Shown here piece after piece: positions 39,801 through 47,514 of a DNA stretch of 57,334 nucleotides. Position 1 is the stretch's first letter; the number at the start of each line of letters is the position of its first letter. Origin of the DNA: Verrucomicrobiota bacterium (GTDB lineage: Bacteria > Verrucomicrobiota > Verrucomicrobiia > Verrucomicrobiales > DEV007); the NCBI GenBank assembly GCA_020627905.1, contig JAHDFZ010000001.1:1-57334 (forward strand), given 5' to 3'. The translations under genes were made by a program, and so were the position numbers. The notes beneath the pieces are model-generated. The model was not told the DNA's origin. It saw only the letters and a program-made list of their open reading frames with translations, and made no database searches.

Positions 39801-39923
39801 GGAACGGTAGAGGAAAAAATCCTCGCCCTGCAGGAAAGGAAAAAGCGAGTGAGTGACAACCTGATCAGCCTCTCTGGTGAGTCCAGCCTGAGCGAAACTG
39901 AGCTACTGGGATTTTTCGAGTAG
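36843..39923 (+). CDS. SWIM zinc-finger SNF2-family helicase/ATPase
   Basis: SWIM CTC...ICAH; LRPYQ, ADDMGLGKTLQ, DEAQ, TGTPVEN, SLKAGGVGLNLT, QATDRAYRIGQ. Confidence 0.93.
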   Translation: MNPMHEVVEITRQWLFDTGGWKEMKPARALHAAGRVSNVKYENGFLTGEVVDGGKTFSARLEIRSRTDVINHCTCFRARRDGIICAHVLACGLELIEPTEKKATPSPAATQGSAPKRTPLSADWPAFTGALDDKALPIQLHLVVAPNLTKAWDSGKITLGVEAAWECPDSAESRKQLFSTLAGTEKLFVDAADAAVLSWLQTVSPETVPGMLKVNATEFTALADLAAGHSRVTLGKRDRLFFSPSSYRPAVERQKGFRFSASLPAEMTPLPSSKGLWTFDTQQHVLSAIAPELPSHLQSLFIGGITLSDSSFRKDYEALAAFTALKQEALAEPPAIIDLDIEGSLNHLDAKLTFHYPHGRFPATDERPEASLDDEDAIILHDSEREDAAVAALLDAGFIRKGTGGSFVLKDKEAILQFLAFDYPQLSESWQTTTGERFEHAISQVEPVEATFTVNQSSGSDWFALDLDYQAGGTRIPRAEIRQLLEKGQSSKRKSSNRIAVLRSSTIEEIESTITDCAPDQSAPDQFSIGRQHRAFLEETAHDLGISVKEKSTKNAAPAEELSFYPLSEELEATLRPYQREGVTWMQGIATRGLGGILADDMGLGKTLQTLSFLYSLGGQALIICPSSLVDNWAAEAMRFTPDLAVAKIVEPKRESKLATAMAEASILITSYAVFRRDAELYRELHFDAVVIDEAQSIKNPDAAISKAVHQVSGTHRFALTGTPVENSVRDLWSICQFVSPGYLGGRKEFSIRFEKPLSSTNGDAQAEARLHRRLRPLLLRRLKTEVAKELPPKVEQVLYVDLTKDQRQVYNQILEESKNQILDAEGGRQRMLALTALLRLRQASCDLRLLGLQDMEEEEASIKGTALDGLLTSAIEGGHRVLVFSQFVEMLQILVPQLASQGIDFCYLDGSTKNRQQVVDRFQSEDIPVFLISLKAGGVGLNLTAADTVVHIDPWWNPAVEAQATDRAYRIGQTRTVNSYKLIARGTVEEKILALQERKKRVSDNLISLSGESSLSETELLGFFE

Positions 39924-39969
39924 GCTAGCTCAAAGGTGGGACTTGGTCCTAGCAAGCCGGGCTTTCGCT

Positions 39970-40044
39970 TCGCGACTGAAGTCGCGATTCCATGGCCTGC
40001 TTGGATCGGGCTGAACAAATACGGATCGCACCGATTGCGATCCG
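39970..40044. repeat. Two palindromic hairpins between convergent genes (REP-like, possible terminator)
   Basis: TCGCGACT-GA-AGTCGCGA (39970-39987) and CGGATCGCA-CCGAT-TGCGATCCG (40022-40044). Confidence 0.45.
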
Positions 40045-40069
40045 CAGCAGGAATGGGTTAGGGAGGCTC

Positions 40070-41413
40070 TTACGCCTCCTCTGCCTCGACTTCGGTGATC
40101 TGCGCCTCGGAACGGAGAAGCTCGACCGTTTTACCGAAAACAATCTGCTGCTTGATCTGGCCGATGGCATTTTTCTGCTGAAGCTCTTTCATGACCTTCT
40201 TCAGAGGCCGCTGCTCCTGCTGCGCCATCATCTGGATGTGCATGTAGACCTCTTCGTCAGAGACTTTGATCCCTTCGTTCTCGGCAATCTGCTCGACGAG
40301 AAAGAGAGTCTTCACGTTCTGCATCGCAGTCTGCTGGGCGTTGCTCATGAGAGCCTCCTGCTGCTCAGCGACCTGCTCCTGGCTGATACCCTGCTGGTAA
40401 CCGCGCATGACCATTTCATTCACCTGGCGCTGGGTCTCGTTGAAGACCATGTGCTGCGGTAGATCGAAGCTGTGCTCCTCGTTGAGCTTGGTCAGGATCT
40501 GATTCTCGATGATCTGGTTTTTCTCTTGGTCAAACTGGCTCTGATACTGCTCGCGGACACGACCCTGCAATTCTTCCAGTGACTCAGCACCGAAGGTTTC
40601 AGCAAACTTGTCGTCCAGCTCCGTCAGCTGGTATTCCTCCACCTTATTCAGAGTGAGGTCGTAGGTCAGGGTGCGGCCCTGTAGTTCCGCGAGACCGAAG
40701 TCATCAGCGAAGGTCGCTTCGAAGCTCTTTGTCTCGTTTGGCTGCATACCGACGATGGCAGCTGCCAGACCGGGGATGAACTCCTGGGCGTCTGCGCCCT
40801 CTGCCGGAAGCTCTGCCGTGTGATCTTCAGCAGTGATGAGAATTTTTCCGTTTTCCCCGACCAGGGCTTCGAGATCTTCGCCCTCAGCAGCGTCTTTGAG
40901 AGTCGCGGTGTAGCTGACAATGGAGCGATCTCCGGCAGCGGCAGCACGCTCGACTTCCTCGCGCTCTGCTGTGTATTTCTGCATCTGTGTCAGGTAATCA
41001 GTCACCAGCTCATCGGTGACCTCACGCTTGGGCACCTCGACACTGATGCCCTTGTAGTCACTCAACTCGAAGTCCGGCTCGGTGATGACCTCTGCTTCGA
41101 GCACGAAACGGCCGTCTGTCTCGACTTCCTGCTTACCGATGGTCTCAATGCCGATGATCGGGAGTTTTTCATCTTCCTGAACTTTTCCGAAGGCGAGACC
41201 CAATAGGCGCTCAGTCAGCTCTTCCTGAATGGGGCGAGCGAAGCGCTTTTCGACCACTTTCTGCGGTGTCTTGCCGGGACGGTAACCGGGCACCTGAGCC
41301 TGTGAAGTGAAAGCAGAAACAATGCTGTTGCGTGTTTCGGTGACCTGATCAGCGTCGATCTCGACATTGATGTTGGCTTTGCATTCGGGGAGGCGTTCTA
41401 CGGAAATGTTCAT
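40070..41413 (-). CDS. tig: Trigger factor
   Basis: Ribosome-binding motif VPGYRPGKTP, FKBP-like FIPGL, C-terminal chaperone domain; start moved to ATG 41413. Confidence 0.93.
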   Translation of the reverse strand: MNISVERLPECKANINVEIDADQVTETRNSIVSAFTSQAQVPGYRPGKTPQKVVEKRFARPIQEELTERLLGLAFGKVQEDEKLPIIGIETIGKQEVETDGRFVLEAEVITEPDFELSDYKGISVEVPKREVTDELVTDYLTQMQKYTAEREEVERAAAAGDRSIVSYTATLKDAAEGEDLEALVGENGKILITAEDHTAELPAEGADAQEFIPGLAAAIVGMQPNETKSFEATFADDFGLAELQGRTLTYDLTLNKVEEYQLTELDDKFAETFGAESLEELQGRVREQYQSQFDQEKNQIIENQILTKLNEEHSFDLPQHMVFNETQRQVNEMVMRGYQQGISQEQVAEQQEALMSNAQQTAMQNVKTLFLVEQIAENEGIKVSDEEVYMHIQMMAQQEQRPLKKVMKELQQKNAIGQIKQQIVFGKTVELLRSEAQITEVEAEEA

Positions 41414-41498
41414 GTGTCTGTGGGAAGGGTTTTTCACCTTAGCCTCCGCCATCGCTCAGGCTGGGAGGGGCGCGAAGGTAGACGAGAACAGGAAAAAT

Positions 41499-42296
41499 TC
41501 AACTGCAGGCTGAGGGAGTCCCTCTGTCAGCCATTTCGGTTCCGGCGCCTCGGGGCAAAAAAGCCAGAAAATCAGCAGGAAGAGGACATTCCCAATCCTT
41601 GTCTTCCCAGCCGAAGCCGGAGGCGTGGAGGGCCTGGCGGTTCATCAGCAACTGCGCAGCCAGTTCAGCACTCCAACCGTGGTCGATGAACTGCAGATAG
41701 CAGCGCTCGTCCGGCCCATACATCTTATCGCCGACCAAGGGGTGCCCGGCGTGCTGCAGGTGGAGGCGGATCTGATGCATCCGACCCGTATGCAGTCGAC
41801 AGCGGACAAGACTGAACCGATTGCCGTTGGTCGTCGATTTCTCGAAGCGGCGAACCACCTCGACGCTGGTGTGAGCAGGCTTGCCGTCTGGATGGATGAG
41901 CTGCTTCACCCAGATGGGCGTCTCGGCCACCTCCCCTTTCCGCAGAATCGGGGCCTCGATCTCGAAGCGATCCTCTTCAGGCCAGCCCCAGACGATGGCG
42001 TGGTAGTGTTTGCGGAAGCCCCGGTGCTCCATCACTTTATTGAGCGAACGCGCTGCCCCTTTCGTCTTGGCCACGAGGACGATCCCGCTGGTCTCGCGGT
42101 CGAGCCGGTTGATGAGCGAAATCTGTCCCCCGGTCGTCAACTCAAAGCGCAGCAGATCCTCCAACCCATCGAGCAGCGTCGGAGGATTTCCTGGCACGGA
42201 GGGGTGGACCAGAAGATGCGGAGGCTTGTCGACGAGCAGAAAGTGGTCCGCCTCGTGGACTACGGTGAAGTCCGGGGTATAAAGACGCAGATCCAT
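41499..42296 (-). CDS. RluA-family pseudouridine synthase
   Basis: VDKPPHLLVHP, NRLDRETSG, TGRMHQIRLH, GDKMYG, RQALHA. Confidence 0.93.
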   Translation of the reverse strand: MDLRLYTPDFTVVHEADHFLLVDKPPHLLVHPSVPGNPPTLLDGLEDLLRFELTTGGQISLINRLDRETSGIVLVAKTKGAARSLNKVMEHRGFRKHYHAIVWGWPEEDRFEIEAPILRKGEVAETPIWVKQLIHPDGKPAHTSVEVVRRFEKSTTNGNRFSLVRCRLHTGRMHQIRLHLQHAGHPLVGDKMYGPDERCYLQFIDHGWSAELAAQLLMNRQALHASGFGWEDKDWECPLPADFLAFLPRGAGTEMADRGTPSACS

Positions 42297-42315
42297 CGCT
42301 GCTGCGGACAGGGAC

Positions 42316-43206
42316 TCAGTGAGTCAGGGCGTAGAAGATGATATTGATCCCCAGGGGGTAGGCGTATTTCTCGGAAAACTCACGAAAATACCAGGGGTCC
42401 GTGCCTTCCTCCTCCCACCCATCACCGAGGTCGGTATTGAAGCAGATGAGCATGCAGATGCGCCCCTCGTCATCGAGCATCGCCCGATAATGCGGGGTTT
42501 CCGATCCTGGCTTGTTCCACTCGTAGGTGATGCCTGTCTGACGCCCCTTCATGGCGATCCCGACAGCGGGAATCTGAGGTTTCAGATCGAGATCGAACAC
42601 GGCGTGGAAGATCGGGTGATCCAGCTCGAGCTCGACGTATTCGCGATCGGGGAAAATCAGCTTCACCGCGCGGTAGAAATTCTTCCACTCCTGCAGGCCC
42701 CAGAAGTCATCAACCATGATGAAACCTCCATTCAGCATGTAATCGCGTAGGATTTCGGCCTCTTCCTCGGTGATCCAGATATCGCCAGGCTCGATCATGT
42801 AGATGAACGGGTAATGGCGCAGCTGCTCTGGGTCGATATCGACAATAGCCGGGATCGGATTCACCTGCATAGAGGTAAGCTGCTGCAGGCGATAGGAAAA
42901 GTTGAGCTCACTGTCCGGATAATCGATCTTCCACTTCTCCCGCTGCCCCATCCAGGTGCCGGAATTATAACGCAGACGGGCAAAAGTGAAGACATCGTCC
43001 GGAAGATTCGGATCCAGCTCCCAGGTCGGAAAATTCCGATATCGCCCGCTCGGATCATCACGCGGATCCTCGGGAATCATCGGATCTTTGATACCGGAGT
43101 TCTGCGCTTTCGCCGGGTAGGCCGGTTTCGCTTCATCCGCGAGCGCCATCATCTGCATGCCGCCCGCCACAAAGCTGAAGAGAACAAAGGAGCGCACAGA
43201 AAACAT
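42316..43206 (-). CDS. DUF4159 domain protein, secreted
   Basis: Signal peptide; FTFARLRY, W.IDYPDSE.NF, YPFIY, GGFIMVDDFWG, NTDLGDGWE, GINIIFYALTH. Confidence 0.85.
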   Translation of the reverse strand: MFSVRSFVLFSFVAGGMQMMALADEAKPAYPAKAQNSGIKDPMIPEDPRDDPSGRYRNFPTWELDPNLPDDVFTFARLRYNSGTWMGQREKWKIDYPDSELNFSYRLQQLTSMQVNPIPAIVDIDPEQLRHYPFIYMIEPGDIWITEEEAEILRDYMLNGGFIMVDDFWGLQEWKNFYRAVKLIFPDREYVELELDHPIFHAVFDLDLKPQIPAVGIAMKGRQTGITYEWNKPGSETPHYRAMLDDEGRICMLICFNTDLGDGWEEEGTDPWYFREFSEKYAYPLGINIIFYALTH

Positions 43207-43229
43207 GCATGAAAGATCGGCTGAACAGC

Positions 43230-43432
43230 TTTAGAAGCAAGCGAAGCTTGCGGGCGGACCTACGGTCCTCAAGCGCCCATGGCGCGACCGGCGCGAAGCG
43301 CCTTGAGTGCCAAAGGCACGACCGCCCCGGCAAGTCGGGGCTCGAGGCAGCTCTGCTGCCGACCGGGCCGCAATCACAGCGAAGCGAGATGTAGGCCCTT
43401 GAGAGCGACCGCAAGCTTCGCTTGCTCCCAAA
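43230..43432. other. Highly structured intergenic element with an 18-bp perfect terminal inverted repeat (MITE-like or ncRNA)
   Basis: AGCAAGCGAAGCTTGCGG (43236-43253) / CCGCAAGCTTCGCTTGCT (43409-43426) enclosing at least five short hairpins. Confidence 0.6.
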
Positions 43433-43451
43433 TCCGTGCTAGGGTCCACCC

Positions 43452-44846
43452 ATGCTGAACTGGATTTGGATGGGTCTGATCGTTGTCGGGGTGCTCGTGG
43501 CGGGACTACTGGGACAACTGAGCGGGAGCAATGGCATTGTCGAGGGGCTCTTTTCGCTGATCGAGGTCGGCATCGTCGGCATTGTCATCCCTCTGAGCGC
43601 CACCATCATGCTGTGGCTGGGCATCATGCGCCTGGCTGAAAAAAGCGGCATGGTGGAGATGCTGGCACGAGTGGTCCGTCCCATCATGAAACGCCTGTTT
43701 CCAGATGTGCCTCCTGAACACCCTGCCATGGGTGCAATGATCATGAATATGGCGGCCAATATGCTGGGAGTCGGGAACGCAGCCACGGCGCTCGGACTGA
43801 AAGCGATGCAGCATCTGGAGGAGCTGAACAAGCACCGGGGCACCGCTACCAATGCCATGTGCACCTTTCTAGCGATCAATACGAGCTCCATCACGCTGGT
43901 GCCGGCAACAACCATCGGTCTGCTGGCAACGCAGGGCGTGGCGCAACCCTACGCGATCGTCGGCACGACGATCGGGGCGACGGTGTTCTCTACCATTGTG
44001 GCGATCATTGCTGTGAAGTTTTTCGAGAAGCTGCCCGCGTTTCAGATTCGAGAGGTCGAGGAGGGGGAAGAAGTCGATTCGGAGGACGAAGAAGCGCAGG
44101 CGTCGCCTTCCGCAAAACGCCGATTATCACCGTTCGCTCGCGTGATGCTCGTTGTTGTCTTCCTTCTGTTCGGCTGGATGGTCGCCTTTGAGGCTTACCC
44201 TCAGCTACGCACCAGCGCTCAGGAGATGCTGGGGCTGCGCGAAATCGCCGAAGCGCTCGATGCACCAAAGGCCAGCCTGAAAGCCAGCGATGAAGAGCGA
44301 GTCCTGCCGGATTGGCAGCGCCTCGTCATGGGGGTATCGGTGACGGCCATTCCGTTCGTGCTGGTATTCTTCATCCTCGTCGCCGCTCTCAAGCGCATCC
44401 CTGTCTACGAGGAATTTGTCGAGGGAGCCAAGGAAGGATGGGCCGTGGCCGTGCGGATGATGCCCTTCATCGTCGCCATGCTGGCAGCCCTGGCGATTTT
44501 TCGGAATTCCGGGGCGCTTTATTTGCTGCAGCTGGCGATGGCTCCGGTGCTGGAGTTTCTGCGCTTCCCGCCGGATCTCGTGCCGATGGCTCTCATGCGG
44601 CCGCTGAGCGGTAGCGGGAGTAAAGGGATCCTCATTGAGATCATCACCAACGATGGCCTCACTGAGGCGGTGAAGTTCGCCGCTGCGACCATGTATGGAT
44701 CTACCGAGACGACCTTCTACGTGCTGGCTGTGTATTTCGGGTCGGTGGCCATCCGCCGCACGCGACACGCACTGGCAGCTGGGTTGTGCGCGGATGCGGC
44801 TGGCGTGATCGCCGCCGTCGTGATTTGTCAGGCTTTCTTCGGGTAG
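43452..44846 (+). CDS. Fused SpmA/SpmB (nucleoside-recognition Gate domain) membrane protein
   Basis: MLNWIW; LFPDVPPEHPA; ANMLGVGNAAT; YEEFVEGAKEG; MRPLSGSG; GSTETTFYVLAVYFGSV. Confidence 0.9.
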   Translation: MLNWIWMGLIVVGVLVAGLLGQLSGSNGIVEGLFSLIEVGIVGIVIPLSATIMLWLGIMRLAEKSGMVEMLARVVRPIMKRLFPDVPPEHPAMGAMIMNMAANMLGVGNAATALGLKAMQHLEELNKHRGTATNAMCTFLAINTSSITLVPATTIGLLATQGVAQPYAIVGTTIGATVFSTIVAIIAVKFFEKLPAFQIREVEEGEEVDSEDEEAQASPSAKRRLSPFARVMLVVVFLLFGWMVAFEAYPQLRTSAQEMLGLREIAEALDAPKASLKASDEERVLPDWQRLVMGVSVTAIPFVLVFFILVAALKRIPVYEEFVEGAKEGWAVAVRMMPFIVAMLAALAIFRNSGALYLLQLAMAPVLEFLRFPPDLVPMALMRPLSGSGSKGILIEIITNDGLTEAVKFAAATMYGSTETTFYVLAVYFGSVAIRRTRHALAAGLCADAAGVIAAVVICQAFFG

Positions 44847-44851
44847 AGAAT

Positions 44852-45165
44852 GTAGCCGCGAGCTGAGCTGGGGAGCGCAAGCTCGTGGACCGGAGAGCAC
44901 GGCAGGCACAGGCATGCGTTCGGACAGATCCACGCCGTCACCGGCGCGGCTACGGGGTTGAGCATAAGATGTAGCCGCGAGCGTAAGCTCGTGGACCGGA
45001 GAGCACGGCAGGCACAGGCATGCGTTCGGACAGATCCACGCCGTCACCGGCGCGGCTACAGGGTTGAGCATAAGGTGTAGCCGCGAGCGTAAGCTCGTGG
45101 ACCGGAGAGCACGGCAGACACAGGCTTGCGTGTGGACAAATCCACGCCGTCACCGGCGCGGCTAC
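44852..45165. repeat. REP-doublet cluster 3 (tandem units 44852-44953, 44971-45059, 45077-45165)
   Basis: Near-identical units bounded by GTAGCCGCG...CGCGGCTAC, separated by a conserved GGGTTGAGCATAAG linker. Confidence 0.93.
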
Positions 45166-45210
45166 GAAGTGAAAGGAATCTTGGCAGATTCGTCACCTCA
45201 CTACTGAGTG

Positions 45211-45570
45211 TCACGGCTTCTTCGACTTCACCAGCTTGGCACGATGGAGCAGCCACATGAGCTCCTTCTCCAGCTGCTCGGAGGTGGCGCGTGCGGCGTA
45301 GTTCCGTGCGATGAGAACCATTCGGGAACCGGGCTGGATTTTTTCTCCGATCGACTTCTGCAGGATGGCGCGCAGGCGTCGCCTCACTCGATTCCGTGTG
45401 ACGGCATTACCCACCTTTTTACTGGTGATTAGCCCGACGGAGAACTCATCTTTTGCTCCCTCGCGTGCATAACCCAGAACGAGAAACCGACCGGCATGCG
45501 ACGACCCCTGCCGTCGAATTTCGGCAAATTCAGCGCCTTTCTGGATTCGTCGCGAACGGGGCAGCTTCAT
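45211..45570 (-). CDS. rnpA: Ribonuclease P protein component
   Basis: LPRSRRI..GAEF; GLITSKKVGNAVTRNRVRRRLR; start moved to ATG 45570. Confidence 0.95.
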   Translation of the reverse strand: MKLPRSRRIQKGAEFAEIRRQGSSHAGRFLVLGYAREGAKDEFSVGLITSKKVGNAVTRNRVRRRLRAILQKSIGEKIQPGSRMVLIARNYAARATSEQLEKELMWLLHRAKLVKSKKP

Positions 45571-45590
45571 GACCGATGAAGGGTGGACAC

Positions 45591-45622
45591 AAAAAAACCC
45601 TCTATGCACAGGCAGAGAGGGT
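45591..45622 (-). terminator. Intrinsic terminator between rpmH and rnpA
   Basis: Minus strand: ACCCTCT-ctgcctgtgcat-AGAGGGT followed by a T-run. Confidence 0.7.
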
Positions 45623-45666
45623 GTGTTAGGCGGTAGGAAGCACCGCCCGGTAACTGAAAACCAAGA

Positions 45667-45849
45667 TTACCGACCGTGCTGGACAGTGTGGCGGCTGTAT
45701 TTGAGCTCTGCACCTTTGGGGATGAGGCGCTTGCGGCCTTTCTGGCGACGACGCTTGATGAGGTCACGTCCAGCTTTCGTGGACATACGAGCGCGGAAGC
45801 CATGCTGGTTCTTGCGAGAGCGTTTGGAAGGTTGATACGTGCGTTTCAT
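45667..45849 (-). CDS. rpmH: 50S ribosomal protein L34
   Basis: [40 protein letters not shown]. Confidence 0.97.
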   Translation of the reverse strand: MKRTYQPSKRSRKNQHGFRARMSTKAGRDLIKRRRQKGRKRLIPKGAELKYSRHTVQHGR

Positions 45850-45917
45850 GATGGGCGTCTTTCCTGAAAAAAGTTTGCCGGCCTAGGAAACGTTCAGCTC
45901 CCATTGCGGCGGGCGGG

Positions 45918-45945
45918 ACAGTAGTGGCAAATAAAATTTTGTCAA
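45918..45945 (-). promoter_or_regulatory. Sigma70 promoter of rpmH
   Basis: Minus strand: TTGACA-16 nt-TACTGT. Confidence 0.65.
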
Positions 45946-45973
45946 AAGCTTGTTGGGGAAAAGCGTCACCAGC

Positions 45974-47485
45974 CTACTCAATGCGCTGCAGTCTCGAAAT
46001 GATCCTGCGCTGCAGGAGCTGCTCATTCACCATGCGAGATACGCGATCATCGACGTGAACGATCTTCGGATAGGACTCGAACTTGATCTCATGAATACCT
46101 GACTCGGGGATCTCCTGAAAGGCATCGACCAGGTCCTGCAGATCGAGGATAGGCTTCCCATTAACGGTTTCGACGATCGCAGATCCTGCCCGCTCGTATC
46201 CCAGGGTGCTGGGTGTTTTCACGACATTGGTCAGAAACACGATCTTCCGACGTCCTTCCTCCTCATATTTTTCGGGGTTGAGGATGGCGTTGACCAGACG
46301 AGAGGGAGCACGGGTCTTCCAGTCATTGCCCCAGGCACGTAGGAAAGGTTGGGTAAGTTCCTGGAAAATCAGCCCGCCGAAGACGTGGTAGTTAGGCCCC
46401 CGGTCAAACATGTAGGGATCGATCAGCTGCTCCTCAGGCGAGCGGCGCAGGAGTTTGATTTCTTTGGTGAGGACCTCGCCATCACGAACAATTTCGGCCG
46501 GGATGGTTTTCCCCGCCTGGGCAGCCCCGCGGACAAGGTGGGCGAAGCTCAGGGTGCCGTATTCCGCATCCTCGTAGTTGCCGCGAGAGTCCACTGCCTG
46601 ACCGTCAATGCTGAGAATGACATCGCCTGCCTGCAGGCCTGCTTTGTCCGCCGAGCTTTCCGGGGCTGTCTTGCGAATGAGAATACCGCCCTCCTGGTCC
46701 TCGATCTGGTAGTATTCGCGAAGCACCGGATCGAGGGTGGAGGCGAAAGAAATGCCCAGGCTCGGAAATCCGGCGTAGGATCCATCGCTCAGGTCATCGA
46801 GAAAGGTCTTGATAATAGGAGCAGGGAGAATATTCGCCACCTGCTCGTCTGATGAATAGCTAATCAGCATACCGACGAGCTTCCCATCGCGAAGGGTTGG
46901 CAGAGTGAAACTATTCACACGTGACTGCAGAGACCCCTTCACCTGATAGATGAGGAAGACGGATCCCGGCAGGAAATAACGGCCCACGTTGACGCGGATG
47001 ACGTCCACTTCCGTGGAAATAGGGTTGCCATTGTCCTCCGTTTGCCAGATTTCGACCGTGTCTCCTGCTTTCACTGACGTGTCGAGTTCCACCGGCGTGC
47101 GTCCTTCGAGCACGGGTGGCGCATCCGGTGCCGGGATGAGCAGAGCCAGGTTCGCTTCATAGTCGATGGCAGCGATCTCGGCTGGAGCCTTGATGCCATT
47201 CTCCGGATTCTCCAGCTCCACGTAGGTGGCATTAGCACAGAGCTCAGCGGTCACGAGCACACGATTCCCCTCCAGCACGGCCCCGAGTCCGCGACGAGGA
47301 CTTGGGGCGCTCTTGTCCCATGGGCGGAAAAAATTGTAGGACTGCAGTGTCGCATTAACCCGCACGAAAGAGCTGGCGACCTCTTCCGCTCGAAGGCTGG
47401 ATGAGGCTCCGCTGACACCGAGGGAGAGGAGAATGACCGCTAGCCACTGAGAGAGGACGCGATTGGCAGATGAGTGAAAATTCAT
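45974..47485 (-). CDS. Deg/HtrA-like PDZ protein with a degenerate catalytic triad (pseudoprotease)
   Basis: Colinear with the neighbouring protease, but TNAH->TAEL, DLAL->NLAL, GNSGGP->VNSFTLP; two PDZ-like domains. Confidence 0.8.
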   Translation of the reverse strand: MNFHSSANRVLSQWLAVILLSLGVSGASSSLRAEEVASSFVRVNATLQSYNFFRPWDKSAPSPRRGLGAVLEGNRVLVTAELCANATYVELENPENGIKAPAEIAAIDYEANLALLIPAPDAPPVLEGRTPVELDTSVKAGDTVEIWQTEDNGNPISTEVDVIRVNVGRYFLPGSVFLIYQVKGSLQSRVNSFTLPTLRDGKLVGMLISYSSDEQVANILPAPIIKTFLDDLSDGSYAGFPSLGISFASTLDPVLREYYQIEDQEGGILIRKTAPESSADKAGLQAGDVILSIDGQAVDSRGNYEDAEYGTLSFAHLVRGAAQAGKTIPAEIVRDGEVLTKEIKLLRRSPEEQLIDPYMFDRGPNYHVFGGLIFQELTQPFLRAWGNDWKTRAPSRLVNAILNPEKYEEEGRRKIVFLTNVVKTPSTLGYERAGSAIVETVNGKPILDLQDLVDAFQEIPESGIHEIKFESYPKIVHVDDRVSRMVNEQLLQRRIISRLQRIE

Positions 47486-47514
47486 AACAGAAGTGGGAAA
47501 GGAATCGAGTAGAC

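Noticed and set aside
36843-39923. SNF2 helicase as part of an anti-phage system
   Set aside because: Has the housekeeping SWIM-SNF2 architecture and is flanked by a HAD phosphatase and tig; no methylase, nuclease or other defence genes nearby
43209-43449. Small ORFs (43209-43394, 43231-43449, 43133-43414) or a tRNA in the structured spacer
   Set aside because: No coding motifs, and no tRNA T-loop/D-loop consensus or cloverleaf of suitable size
43452-44846. SpmA/SpmB as evidence of sporulation
   Set aside because: Fused SpmAB Gate-domain proteins are widespread in non-sporulating bacteria
44852-45165. Tandem repeats as a CRISPR array
   Set aside because: Units are about 90-100 bp and the intervening sequences are conserved rather than unique spacers; no cas genes; the GTAG-hairpin structure fits REP doublets
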